Shown: one piece after another, positions 8,492 to 16,926 of the stretch
Position numbering within the stretch: position 1 is the first letter of the stretch
How the letters are laid out: every line of letters starts with the position of its first letter
Notes under the pieces: model-generated
The model's database searches: none
What the model was told of the DNA's origin: nothing
Seen by the model: only the letters and a program-made list of their open reading frames with translations
Position numbers and translations under genes: made by a program
NCBI GenBank assembly: GCA_028286685.1
Contig: JAQBRA010000002.1
Location: forward strand, 1,073 to 65,072
Direction: 5' to 3'
DNA length: 64,000 bases
DNA from: Candidatus Adlerbacteria bacterium
Lineage (GTDB): Bacteria > Patescibacteriota > Minisyncoccia > Phycocordibacterales > SBAW01

Positions 8492-8573
8492 AGATAGCGG
8501 ACGGTATGGTCTGCCCTAAGGCGACTCGTATCAAAAATTCATCGCACTTCGACAACAGAATAGGGGTCTTAAA

Positions 8574-9734
8574 ATGACACACATGGACGTTGCTCCAGGT
8601 CCGGATATCGTCAGTCGAGATACGGACCGAGTCGACACTTATCCCGCCTACTACTTCCTCGCACTCATTGTGCTTGCGGCGGCCTGGTTTCTGACAGGTC
8701 TCGTATTTTACGGGATACCCGTCGGATACGGCAGCTTAACGATCTACATGAGCACCGTCATCTGGGCTTTGGGAGCCGCGCACTTTGCGACCAGCTTCAG
8801 GATTGTAGAGCCTGACTACTTCGCTGGCGTCCTGGTGTTCGGAACGCCGACCGTTGTCGTGACTGGCAAACCGCTCTTGGTGCCCATGGGAATCTTTAAA
8901 GTCATAGAGATCTCCCGGGGCATCATCCAAATGGAGCTGCCCAACGAGCCGAATCTCATCTTCCGCAAAGAGGATGTAGAGATTGTTCCTCCTGGCATGT
9001 CACCCCCAATCCGGGTGACCTTCAAGAAGGGAGTGGCAGGCGACGATGGCTTTGATCCAAACGATCCGTTTGATGACAGGTCGACTCAAGAAGTGACTCC
9101 TATCATTCGCTTCAGGATTCAAGACGAAGAAGGGTTCTGGACGTTCTTCGTAAGGCTCGGAGGATTCGACGAAGCGCGCAAGCAAGCCGAAGACATGAGC
9201 ATCGCCGTTCTCCAGCAGTGGCTGACAGCACTCACTCTTCGGCAAGCTTTCGCGGGTATCGGAACAATCAACCGACATTACGACGATTACATCCGAGCGC
9301 AGACTAAAGGATGGGGCATCGAGATCGACAGTGCACACATCAAACTTATTGGCCTGTCGCACTCCTTCAATACAGCCATCCAGGATATCCCGCGCGCCAA
9401 AGCCGAAAAACTTGCTCGAACTTCTCGGGCAGAAGCTAAGCAGATTGAGCTCACGCGCGAAGGACTCGGCGAGGCTAATGCCAGAAAAGCACTTCTTTTT
9501 GCTGAAGCCTCTGGTCTTGAAGAGAAAGCGAAGTCACTTGGCGTAACCGGACACGACATGCTCGGTGCCGATACGGCCCGAGCGATCGGAGAGTCCGGCA
9601 ATATGATTATTGTCGGCGCTCAAGGCCTTACGGAAGCCGTTACCGCCGCGTTTGCGGCGGGAAAAGGCATGCAAGGAAAACCCAAACCCACACCCCCTGC
9701 CACTGAACCAGGCACACCACCCACTGGAGCATAG
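8574..9734 (+). CDS. SPFH/band-7 (stomatin/HflK-like) domain membrane protein with a C-terminal coiled-coil and a Pro/Thr tail
   Basis: Two N-terminal TM helices are followed by an SPFH core (VEPDYFAGVLVFGTPTVVVTGKPLLVPMGIFKVIEIS). A long helical region (AEAKQIELTREGLGEANARKALLFAEAS) follows. Confidence 0.6.
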   Translation: MTHMDVAPGPDIVSRDTDRVDTYPAYYFLALIVLAAAWFLTGLVFYGIPVGYGSLTIYMSTVIWALGAAHFATSFRIVEPDYFAGVLVFGTPTVVVTGKPLLVPMGIFKVIEISRGIIQMELPNEPNLIFRKEDVEIVPPGMSPPIRVTFKKGVAGDDGFDPNDPFDDRSTQEVTPIIRFRIQDEEGFWTFFVRLGGFDEARKQAEDMSIAVLQQWLTALTLRQAFAGIGTINRHYDDYIRAQTKGWGIEIDSAHIKLIGLSHSFNTAIQDIPRAKAEKLARTSRAEAKQIELTREGLGEANARKALLFAEASGLEEKAKSLGVTGHDMLGADTARAIGESGNMIIVGAQGLTEAVTAAFAAGKGMQGKPKPTPPATEPGTPPTGA

Positions 9735-9736
9735 AA

Positions 9737-10642
9737 ATGGAACTGACTTACGGAATCGCTATCTTTGTCCTCGTGGTGTTTTCCGTTTATTTTGGAAGAC
9801 ACTGGGAAAAGAAAGGCTCTACACGTATCAGCAGACCATCCCCCGTAACCCCTTCTACCAGAACACCGGAAGATACCGCAAACGAAGACAAAACTCCTCC
9901 TGCGGCTTCTGGCTGGTGGAAAGCGATAGGGGGCGTATCTGGTCGGTTTGTAACCTATTGGTCGACAAACTGGGCGTATGTTCTTCTGCCGCCCGCAGCG
10001 GTAGCACTGTCCCTTGTCCTGTTTGCATACTCCTTCCCTGAATGGTGGTGGTCATACAAACAATGGAATGGACCGACCTGGCAACTTGTGGTTGCCACGC
10101 TCGCACTCGGACTTATCAAGGTCTCTCCTCTCGCGCCCTCTTGGCGCGGGAGACTTACGGCATTAGTGCTCGTATTCGCGGTCGGAGCCTTTGTGTGGAC
10201 ACTTCTTGTCCGGGCTCCGTTCTTCTGCGCTCCTGGCGACACCGCGTGTCGCCAGGAGGAAGCCCGGGTGGCGAACGAGAAGCGTCTGGCCGTCCTGCAA
10301 GATCAGGCACGGCGCGCTAAACAAGAGCGGCGTGATGCAGTGGCACGAACGGACTGCACCCATGGCGTGTTGGCGACCATAGAGCTCAACCAAGAGCCGG
10401 TCACATTCCCCAACCGCTGCGTGTTTATCTTCGATATTACGGCCGGACCTGTCTGGTTCAAGGGCAGGGACGGCACTGTTGTCGGAGGCAGCACCGGAGT
10501 TACTGCAGGAGCTCGAGTGCCATGGCCCAGCGGGTTTCGACTCCTGGGCGCATGGTCGCGAGGCAACGGCAAGCTCGAAGGCGTCTTCTGCCCGGAAGAG
10601 CGGCCGGTATGGCGCAGCGGAACTTGCTCGCATACCGGTTAG
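9737..10642 (+). CDS. multi-pass membrane protein with a Cys-rich C-terminal domain (possible NfeD-like partner of the SPFH protein)
   Basis: Four predicted TM helices. The C-terminal soluble region contains about 7 Cys. Stop and start overlap with the SPFH gene. Confidence 0.4.
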   Translation: MELTYGIAIFVLVVFSVYFGRHWEKKGSTRISRPSPVTPSTRTPEDTANEDKTPPAASGWWKAIGGVSGRFVTYWSTNWAYVLLPPAAVALSLVLFAYSFPEWWWSYKQWNGPTWQLVVATLALGLIKVSPLAPSWRGRLTALVLVFAVGAFVWTLLVRAPFFCAPGDTACRQEEARVANEKRLAVLQDQARRAKQERRDAVARTDCTHGVLATIELNQEPVTFPNRCVFIFDITAGPVWFKGRDGTVVGGSTGVTAGARVPWPSGFRLLGAWSRGNGKLEGVFCPEERPVWRSGTCSHTG

Positions 10643-10757
10643 CAAACTTAGTTCTTACTGAAATCCCTTCTGGGGTACGCAGGACCAATTGGTCCTGCGT
10701 TTTTCTTTTCCCAAAAACCCTTATAAAAGGCCGTCTTTTGCTCCCCTCTCCCATCAC

Positions 10758-10786
10758 TTGACTTTTATACTCAAGTATGCTACTAT
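10758..10786 (+). promoter_or_regulatory. sigma70-like promoter (TTGACT-17-TACTAT) whose -10 ends 6 nt before the ATG, so the mRNA is probably leaderless
   Basis: TTGACT tttatactcaagtatgc TACTAT tgatat ATG. Confidence 0.35.
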
Positions 10787-10792
10787 TGATAT

Positions 10793-11269
10793 ATGCAAAA
10801 GACCCTTATAACCACTGCCGTGTTGGCCGCGCTTTTTGCTCCTCTATCAGCTATAGCCGCCTCGGTACCCACCGGATACTCTTACGACCCGGGCTATTCC
10901 TACACGCCTGGATACTCATATACCCCTGGCTACTCTATCCCGTCCGGCCACTCTGAAAACTCAGGCACTTCTATATCGTCGGGCCAGTCAATCTCAAGCG
11001 GTTCATCCATACCGTCGGGCCACTCTATACCTTCCGGCTACTCTATCCCCTCCGGACACTCGATACCTTCCGGCCATTCCGTAGAATCGGGACACTCTAT
11101 ATCGTCCGGCCAGTCCATCCAAACCGGCCATTCTATACAGTCGGGTTACTCTATTAGCTCCGGACATTCCATACAGTCGGGCCGCTCTATTCAGACCGGA
11201 TACTCAATACCTTCCGGCCGCTCCATAGAGTCCGGACATTCGATAGAGGGAACAAAGCTCAGCTGGTAA
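10793..11269 (+). CDS. secreted His/Ser-rich protein made of about 20 tandem hexapeptide repeats (S-I-P-S-G-H-like)
   Basis: Signal peptide MQKTLITTAVLAALFAPLSAIAAS. Then SIPSGHSIPSGYSIPSGHSIPSGHSVESGHSISSGQSIQTGHSIQSG... encoded by 18-nt DNA repeats. Confidence 0.6.
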   Translation: MQKTLITTAVLAALFAPLSAIAASVPTGYSYDPGYSYTPGYSYTPGYSIPSGHSENSGTSISSGQSISSGSSIPSGHSIPSGYSIPSGHSIPSGHSVESGHSISSGQSIQTGHSIQSGYSISSGHSIQSGRSIQTGYSIPSGRSIESGHSIEGTKLSW

Positions 11270-11285
11270 TACCCCGAAAGCCAAA

Positions 11286-11325
11286 ACAAAACTCCCGGAC
11301 TTACGTCCGGGAGTTTTGTTTCTGC
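11286..11325. terminator. bidirectional intrinsic terminator hairpin
   Basis: AAACAAAACTCCCGGAC-ttac-GTCCGGGAGTTTTGTTT, placed between convergent genes. Confidence 0.6.
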
Positions 11326-11335
11326 ACTTACTACA

Positions 11336-11617
11336 TTAGCAAGGCAAATTGCCGCCAACCATAGTAGAGATAAGTTTTATGATTGCAATGGCGGAGACCA
11401 TGATAAACATGCCTCCCAGGCCCCACAGCATATGCTGTTTGCCCTCTTCTTTCTTGCCGGCCTCATTGCTTAGGCCCCACAGAAATTCCACAAGCCCCCA
11501 GACGAACACCAAAAGCCCTGCCGCGAATATGAGTGCGAGTAGCGGGTTTATAAACGCCTCGGTCAGCTTGCCGACGATGGTGCAGGTAGCGCTATTTGTA
11601 ACGGCAGCAGATAGCAT
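11336..11617 (-). CDS. small two-TM membrane protein, paralog 1 of 5 (pilin-like topology)
   Basis: Shares a helix-loop-helix core with the four upstream paralogs (L..L..VFxWGLV.FLWG ... WGL...F.MVS...I). Confidence 0.5.
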   Translation of the reverse strand: MLSAAVTNSATCTIVGKLTEAFINPLLALIFAAGLLVFVWGLVEFLWGLSNEAGKKEEGKQHMLWGLGGMFIMVSAIAIIKLISTMVGGNLPC

Positions 11618-11622
11618 GATTA

Positions 11623-12018
11623 TTATGGGGTATACCCGTCTTTACCGAAGAGAGGGCCGCTGCTATTGCCATACTGTATCTGCGGGGCTTTTCCTCGGGC
11701 ATTTTCATCGATACCGAGCGCTTCTTGCATAAGGGCAACAATACCCCAAACCGACACCATAACAAACAAGGTTATAAGGCCCCACTTCATCAGGTCCTTG
11801 CCCTTCTCGTGCCCGCTCTTGCTCGATGCCCCCCACAGGTAGCGCACCAAGCCCCAGAAGAACACGACCAGCGCTAGGGTAATGAGTATCGGTATGAGCG
11901 CTCCTATAAGACTCCCAAAAGCCCCTAAGAGGCTTTCAATAGGCGACAGGTTAAGTCCTTGGGCAGAGGCCCATGCGGGCAAAGCGAACAGGAGCAAAGC
12001 TGCAGACCTTTTTATCAT
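11623..12018 (-). CDS. small secreted two-TM protein, paralog 2 of 5 (VirB2/TrbC-pilin-like topology)
   Basis: Signal peptide ending AWASAQG. Then LIPILITLALVVFFWGLVRYLWGASSKSGHEKGKDLMKWGLITLFVMVSVWGIVALM. Confidence 0.55.
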   Translation of the reverse strand: MIKRSAALLLFALPAWASAQGLNLSPIESLLGAFGSLIGALIPILITLALVVFFWGLVRYLWGASSKSGHEKGKDLMKWGLITLFVMVSVWGIVALMQEALGIDENARGKAPQIQYGNSSGPLFGKDGYTP

Positions 12019-12372
12019 TTACGGTACGAGTGCTTTAGGAGAGAGGACATCTGCATTGCGCTGGACACCCAAAGCATCCTGGGCCAGGCGGACAATGCCC
12101 CAGACCGACACCATGACAAACAAAGTTACGAGACCCCACTTCATCAGGTCCTTAGCACCGGCGGTGTTTGACTTGCCGCCAGCGCCGTACAAGTAGCGCA
12201 CCAAGCCCCAGAAAAAGACAACGAGTGCCAAGGTGATGAGTATCGGAACCAAGGCGGCAACGAGGCGGCCTACGGCGCCAATAAGATTGGCCAAAGGCTG
12301 TAGGCTCTGAGCCGAAGCCGCAAGCGGCAGTGCTAAAGAAAGGGCTGATAGTGCGGCGAAGGTCTTTTTCAT
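12019..12372 (-). CDS. small secreted two-TM protein, paralog 3 of 5
   Basis: Signal peptide ending ASAQS. Core LVPILITLALVVFFWGLVRYLYGAGGKSNTAGAKDLMKWGLVTLFVMVSVWGIV is nearly identical to paralog 2. Confidence 0.55.
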   Translation of the reverse strand: MKKTFAALSALSLALPLAASAQSLQPLANLIGAVGRLVAALVPILITLALVVFFWGLVRYLYGAGGKSNTAGAKDLMKWGLVTLFVMVSVWGIVRLAQDALGVQRNADVLSPKALVP

Positions 12373-12455
12373 TAAAATAACTTAAACGGGTATGGCTCTA
12401 TTCTAGCAGGCCCCTGCTCTCTTTTGCTTTGCCGTGTGGATAACAAAGGGCCAGG

Positions 12456-12698
12456 TTAGGCCGGCAGGAATATCCCCTGTAGCAATTGCAGTATGCCAAA
12501 TATGGATACCAGCACAAACAGCGCCACCAGGCCCCAGCCCAACAGCTCTTTTTGGCCCTGCTTGTCATGCGAGTCGCCGGACAGGTACAAGAACCGTACT
12601 GCGCCCCATAAAAATATGGCCAGCGCTACCGAGCCCAAGAGAGCCACCAGGACGTTTATAACGCTAATTATCTGGCCAACGAGGACGGAAAAAGTCAT
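12456..12698 (-). CDS. small two-TM membrane protein, paralog 4 of 5
   Basis: AIFLWGAVRFLYLSGDSHDKQGQKELLGWGLVALFVLVSIFGIL has the same motif arrangement. Confidence 0.5.
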   Translation of the reverse strand: MTFSVLVGQIISVINVLVALLGSVALAIFLWGAVRFLYLSGDSHDKQGQKELLGWGLVALFVLVSIFGILQLLQGIFLPA

Positions 12699-12701
12699 AT
12701 A

Positions 12702-13148
12702 TTAGCGGCCACAGAACTGTATCGTACCGCTGGTATCGAGCGTTTGGATAGTTGCCGAAATGATGCTGGCCAAGGTCCAAGCGCCCAGGAATATGGCAAT
12801 GCCTAAAATGACAAACTTAAAGTTCCTTTTAGCGTCGTCGAGCCCTGTCGCGCTGCCACGGGCCAATATAAACCTGAAACCCGACCATACTAAGAACAAG
12901 ACCGCGATCGGCATGCCTATCGCCATAATAATGTTGAGCAGGGCCTTGACCAGGTTGCAGAAATCATCAACGCCCAGCGGGTTACACAACTTAAAAGTAC
13001 CTCCTTGTGATCCGCAATCAGAGCCTGTGGGAACGGAATTTTGATATGTCCCTGTCTGGACAGAGTTTGCCTGCGCCAAAGCAAATTGTGGAATAAGTAT
13101 TATTCCACAAAGGATGAGCGAGGTTGAGATAAATTTATAAAATTTCAT
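12702..13148 (-). CDS. small secreted two-TM protein, paralog 5 of 5, with a Cys-containing N-terminal extension
   Basis: Signal peptide, then SDCGSQGGTFKLCNPLGVDDFCN, then the conserved core AVLFLVWSGFRFILARGS...FVILGIAIFLGAW. Confidence 0.5.
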   Translation of the reverse strand: MKFYKFISTSLILCGIILIPQFALAQANSVQTGTYQNSVPTGSDCGSQGGTFKLCNPLGVDDFCNLVKALLNIIMAIGMPIAVLFLVWSGFRFILARGSATGLDDAKRNFKFVILGIAIFLGAWTLASIISATIQTLDTSGTIQFCGR

Positions 13149-14440
13149 TGATTTGGCAAAAGCTGGCGCATAGCCTGGGCGGCATCAAAAACGGCCTGCT
13201 CGGGGTCGGTGCGCCCCGATGAGACAGATTCTATCATTGTTTTAAAGATGTTATTGGTCGCCGAGGCGTTCGGGTCATTCCACGAGCGCGAGATAAGCGC
13301 TGACTGTACGAACACCTCTCCGGCGGCAGAAGCCGAGGTGTCTATGGGCACATCGCGGCGCACCGGCGGCAAGGTGGTCTGCCCCGATACGGCAGCAATG
13401 CCTGCGGCCGAGGTAAGCTTTTGGGCCACCGCCAAAGCTCCGGCCGGGTTCTGCGCCCCGCGAGCAATGGAGAGCCCCGCGATATTGCCGGAGGTAATGC
13501 GGGATGAAGCGCCCATAAGCTGGGGCAGCACCGCAACGCCAAAGCGCAGGTTGGGATTGCGCTCCGCTATGGAGCGGTACTCGCTGGCAAAGCCGAAGTA
13601 AACTGCAACGTCGCCCGAAGCAAATGCGTTGTACGAGTTGGGCAGCGAGCGGTTCCACGAGTAGGTGGTTTTAGAAGGGTTGGCAAAATCGGTATAAAAC
13701 CGCAAGGCTCCGGCAGCCGGCGTGTCGCTCTGGTTTTCAGGCTTGGAACCTAAGACAGTGGTAAGCGCGCCCGCAGCATTGCGACTCGTGACAAAGTCTC
13801 CGGTCTGCATGAACAGGGCCGACAGGACCGCCTTGCCGTTGTTTATGTTGTCCCAGGTGCCCAGCGCCACCGCCGACTTGCGGACCGAGCCGGCAGAGAG
13901 CGAGGTTATCTTGGGCGCCAAGGTAATGAGATCATTCCAATACTGGGGCGGCTGGGCGATGCCAACCCCGGTAAAGGTGTCGCGGTTCCAGTACATGACC
14001 AAGGGGTCTATGGTAAACGGCAAGGCCAAGATGCCTCCCGGGGTCAAAAACAGCTGGCCCTCGTCAACAAAGGACGACATGAACGTGCTTTGCGTCACGG
14101 CGCTGTACGGGATAGGCACTATCTTGTCGGAAAGCCCGCCCATGCTGCTCTGCGAGAGGAAGACCAGGTCCGGACCGGTGCCTGCTGCAATGGCATTTAC
14201 CAGGTCAGACTCGTACGTGGCCGGGCTGTGATAGTAATACTGCACATCCGAGAGGCTCTTATCCGCGCTAGACACCTCGCCTAGGACCGAGTCCATGGTC
14301 GACTGGTCGATAGTGCCCCAGACAATAACCGTGCCTATTCCCCCTTGGCCGCCCACACCCCCAAAAAGAGCGAAGACGCCGATACCGATGACGACAAGGG
14401 CTACGAAAATGCCGGTAACTATGGTTTGGAAGCTGGACAT
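13145..14440 (-). CDS. extracellular solute-binding protein (ABC-transporter SBP family 1-like), N-terminally TM-anchored
   Basis: N-terminal TM helix, then the typical SBP_bac_1 alpha/beta pattern (GPDLVFLSQ..., WNRDTF..., ...DPEQA). It is co-directional with the five small genes and overlaps the first one. Confidence 0.65.
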   Translation of the reverse strand: MSSFQTIVTGIFVALVVIGIGVFALFGGVGGQGGIGTVIVWGTIDQSTMDSVLGEVSSADKSLSDVQYYYHSPATYESDLVNAIAAGTGPDLVFLSQSSMGGLSDKIVPIPYSAVTQSTFMSSFVDEGQLFLTPGGILALPFTIDPLVMYWNRDTFTGVGIAQPPQYWNDLITLAPKITSLSAGSVRKSAVALGTWDNINNGKAVLSALFMQTGDFVTSRNAAGALTTVLGSKPENQSDTPAAGALRFYTDFANPSKTTYSWNRSLPNSYNAFASGDVAVYFGFASEYRSIAERNPNLRFGVAVLPQLMGASSRITSGNIAGLSIARGAQNPAGALAVAQKLTSAAGIAAVSGQTTLPPVRRDVPIDTSASAAGEVFVQSALISRSWNDPNASATNNIFKTMIESVSSGRTDPEQAVFDAAQAMRQLLPNQ

Positions 14441-14446
14441 GCGGTA

Positions 14447-14983
14447 TTACTTTTTCCTTAGTATAAGCCCCCAATGGTAGGCGCCTGCGGGGATATCCTC
14501 TGCCTGACTGAATCCGGCGACCTCGAATATTTTCTTAGCCTCCACAGCGGACACTATCTGGTCGGGATGCGGCCCCAAGCCGCCGTGCGAGTCGCCCCAG
14601 TCGATAAGCATGAGGCGGCCGGCACGGCGCAGCACGCGGGCAGCTTCTGCGGCTGCAGCAGCCTTGTCCTCGGTCGAAAAGAGCCCGTTGGCCAAAATGC
14701 AAAAATCCATGGTGCCTTCGGGCAAATGCGTGCCGTTAAGCTTTTCTATCGTGCCGCGCACAACCTCTATGTTGCGCAAGCCCTCGGCCTCGGCCAGATT
14801 CTTAAGCCGCGGGAGCATGTCCTGATGGGCATCTACGGCCCACACCTGGCCCTGGGCCCCTACCGCGCGGGCAGCCGCGCGGGCAAAAAAGCCCGAGCCA
14901 GCGGCCAAGTCGGCCACGCGCGAGCCTTCGCTTATGTGGCACGCCGCCACTGCTGCCTGCGGATTAAGAAACGAACTCTCCAT
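14447..14983 (-). CDS. class I SAM-dependent methyltransferase
   Basis: Motif I VADLAAGSGFFARAAA. The start was set at the internal Met (MESSFLN). Confidence 0.6.
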   Translation of the reverse strand: MESSFLNPQAAVAACHISEGSRVADLAAGSGFFARAAARAVGAQGQVWAVDAHQDMLPRLKNLAEAEGLRNIEVVRGTIEKLNGTHLPEGTMDFCILANGLFSTEDKAAAAAEAARVLRRAGRLMLIDWGDSHGGLGPHPDQIVSAVEAKKIFEVAGFSQAEDIPAGAYHWGLILRKK

Positions 14984-15032
14984 TGCGTTCAGTATATATC
15001 CAAAAAAGCGCCGCCCAGAAAGTCTGGGCGGG

Positions 15033-15383
15033 CTAGGCGGCTTGCACTGAAACGATCCGGGCAAGTTTGGGTTTCAATTCCGTTTCTTCCACCCATCTAC
15101 CGCCTAAAGTTTCAGCAACGGGAATGCTGTAAAAACGCATATGGGCTACCGGCAGGATAAAAGAGTCGCCGAGCTCATACTCAATATCCTGGTAATAAAC
15201 CCACCCCTTAAGCAGCGGGCTTATCGCAATTGCAGCGCAACTGAGAGCCTCGGCCTCCGTATCAAAGAGGCTTTTGCATGTAGCGCAAGCGTATTGGACA
15301 TGGGCCTTCCAGACCGCGCAGCACCGGAGAGCCCTGGGCTGCTCGATATAGGCTGTTTCGCACCTCTCGCATTGAAATAACAT
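15033..15383 (-). CDS. hypothetical protein with an N-terminal zinc-ribbon-like CxxC...CxxC motif
   Basis: CERCETAY...CATCKSLF. Confidence 0.35.
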   Translation of the reverse strand: MLFQCERCETAYIEQPRALRCCAVWKAHVQYACATCKSLFDTEAEALSCAAIAISPLLKGWVYYQDIEYELGDSFILPVAHMRFYSIPVAETLGGRWVEETELKPKLARIVSVQAA

Positions 15384-15430
15384 CGCTACCTACCCCGCGC
15401 TAGAGCTTGTCTGCTTCAACTCTACACCCG

Positions 15431-15456
15431 CAAAAAAGCCCCGCTTGAGCGGGGGT
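15431..15456 (-). terminator. intrinsic terminator (hairpin plus U-tract on the minus strand)
   Basis: The plus strand reads caaaaaa-GCCCCGC-ttga-GCGGGGG. On the minus strand this gives a hairpin followed by UUUUUUG. Confidence 0.5.
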
Positions 15457-15487
15457 GGATAAGTCAGAGGCCGCGCGGGCAGTACCG

Positions 15488-15649
15488 CTACCGGCCAACC
15501 GCCACGGCCTCGGACGGAGTGCCGGAGATGGCAGCCTGGCGTTCTGCAGAGAGCACCGATGCGCCCCACAGCGAGTATGCAACCGTGCAGACCATCGCTA
15601 GGGCGACCACTCCTGCCGTGCCCATTTTATTAGAAACTTTCTCGCTCAT
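15488..15649 (-). CDS. small hydrophobic protein (53 aa), below the size cutoff of the ORF track
   Basis: Read by hand as MSEKVSNKMGTAGVVALAMVCTVAYSLWGASVLSAERQAAISGTPSEAVAVGR. A terminator follows immediately. Confidence 0.3.
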   Translation of the reverse strand: MSEKVSNKMGTAGVVALAMVCTVAYSLWGASVLSAERQAAISGTPSEAVAVGR

Positions 15650-15917
15650 ATATACATAAACGCACAACCTGCCTGTTTCTTACATGAATTACCCGCCGCA
15701 CGTATGTGCGGCGGGTAATAAAACAGCTTCTTGTCTTTAAAAATTACAGAAGGAACGGCGCACAATACAAAGAAACGCCCACCAATCCCGCAGCCCACAA
15801 CCCCGCCTTGCGACACGCTTCTTTGTTTCTGAAAAACGACACGACCCGCTTCGCCATGACGACCTCCCAAGATCCAGCCTCTGCCACAAAGGTACTCCAC
15901 CCCGCAGCGCGGTCAAC

Positions 15918-16178
15918 TTACTTATCCCCTTCGACTTTAGAAAATCGCTGCATCTGACTGTCCTCCCACTGCAGGGATTCGCTCCACTCGGCAAGCGGGC
16001 GGGTAAACAGCGGCGCGGCCGCATTGTCATACATCGGCTCGTACACCACCGCCCATTGATCAGTCGAGTCGAGCGCAACGCCGATAATTTTATATAAATC
16101 GCCCTTGTAGTGCTTATATACCTCCCCTGCCTCAGGGGCGTCTGCAGGCAACATTGGTACCGGATCTCCTTTTGACAT
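15918..16178 (-). CDS. DUF1653 domain protein
   Basis: YKHYKGDLYKIIGVALDSTDQWAVVYEPMY. The start was set at the internal Met (MSKGDPV). Confidence 0.55.
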   Translation of the reverse strand: MSKGDPVPMLPADAPEAGEVYKHYKGDLYKIIGVALDSTDQWAVVYEPMYDNAAAPLFTRPLAEWSESLQWEDSQMQRFSKVEGDK

Positions 16179-16200
16179 ATCCCTAGTATACAAACAAAAC

Positions 16201-16229
16201 GCCCGCGGCACCCAATGGGGCCGCGGGCT
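16201..16229 (-). terminator. palindromic hairpin GCCCGCGGC-N10-GCCGCGGGC with a minus-strand T-run (copy 1 of 2)
   Basis: A near-identical copy sits at 16484..16510. Both lie directly after small minus-strand genes. Confidence 0.4.
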
Positions 16230-16234
16230 CTCAA

Positions 16235-16396
16235 TCAATTCCTATAGCGATAACCGCTGTGGGGGTTCGCGCTGGCAAACTTATTCATCGCCTCTCTGTA
16301 GCTTTTGCCATCTCCGCTCTTGGGAGGAGACGGCGGGGTCCTGACCCCCTTTTTGCGAGCCTTGATCCGCTCACTCTGCCGTTTGGACTTTGCCAT
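16235..16396 (-). CDS. small basic protein (53 aa), hypothetical
   Basis: Read by hand as MAKSKRQSERIKARKKGVRTPPSPPKSGDGKSYREAMNKFASANPHSGYRYRN. A terminator hairpin lies immediately downstream. An alternative frame is listed in the track as 16285..16494. Confidence 0.3.
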   Translation of the reverse strand: MAKSKRQSERIKARKKGVRTPPSPPKSGDGKSYREAMNKFASANPHSGYRYRN

Positions 16397-16483
16397 TTCG
16401 ATACCTCCGTATCATTTCCGGGCTGGAACTGCGCCGCTGCCGACACCTTACTATGCCACCCTGTCAAAATCAACAAAATAAAA

Positions 16484-16510
16484 GCCCGCGGCACCCATAG
16501 GGCCGCGGGC
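16484..16510. terminator. palindromic hairpin GCCCGCGGC-N9-GCCGCGGGC with T-runs on both strands (copy 2 of 2)
   Basis: 27 of 28 nt identical to the copy at 16201. It lies after the stop of the 16523..16852 gene. Confidence 0.4.
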
Positions 16511-16522
16511 TATTCTTTTCGC

Positions 16523-16852
16523 TTATTTTTTTGTCTTGCGCCTGAGTTTGGTCTTGAGCTTGAGCTTTTTTATCTCACTCAAGACTTTGCGCGGAAGACC
16601 GGAGCTATTGCCTTTCTTGCGGCGCTTATTGTCTTCGGACAGGATTTTTTGGACCCGACGGATCTTCTTTGCATCCTGCGCTTCGATCTTTTCTCGAGCC
16701 ACTATCTCTTCCCGGCGCCGGGTATCGGCCTCGAAGAAAGTCTCCTGATTGGGGCCATAGACCACCTGGGACATCGAAGTTATTCCTGCCGTACCCAGGC
16801 CCCTAAACTTCGCATTAACGTTGCTGTACAGGCGTACTGCCATCTTCTCCAA
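16523..16852 (-). CDS. hypothetical protein with a Lys/Arg-rich C-terminus
   Basis: ORF in the track. No recognisable domain. Confidence 0.35.
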   Translation of the reverse strand: MEKMAVRLYSNVNAKFRGLGTAGITSMSQVVYGPNQETFFEADTRRREEIVAREKIEAQDAKKIRRVQKILSEDNKRRKKGNSSGLPRKVLSEIKKLKLKTKLRRKTKK

Positions 16853-16926
16853 TCCTCTAGAGCTGCTTGTCTGCTCCTATTTTACCAAATTTGACGTTTT
16901 AGTAAATAAATACTCTTATTCTGCCG

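Noticed and set aside
10860-11230. Tandem 18-nt DNA repeats (and the Pro-Thr linker repeats at about 36500-36600) as possible CRISPR arrays
   Set aside because: The repeats are in-frame coding repeats (hexapeptide and PT-linker) with no unique spacers and no cas genes. The minus-strand ORF 36451..36705 (GVGVGAGVG...) is the mirror of the PT linker.
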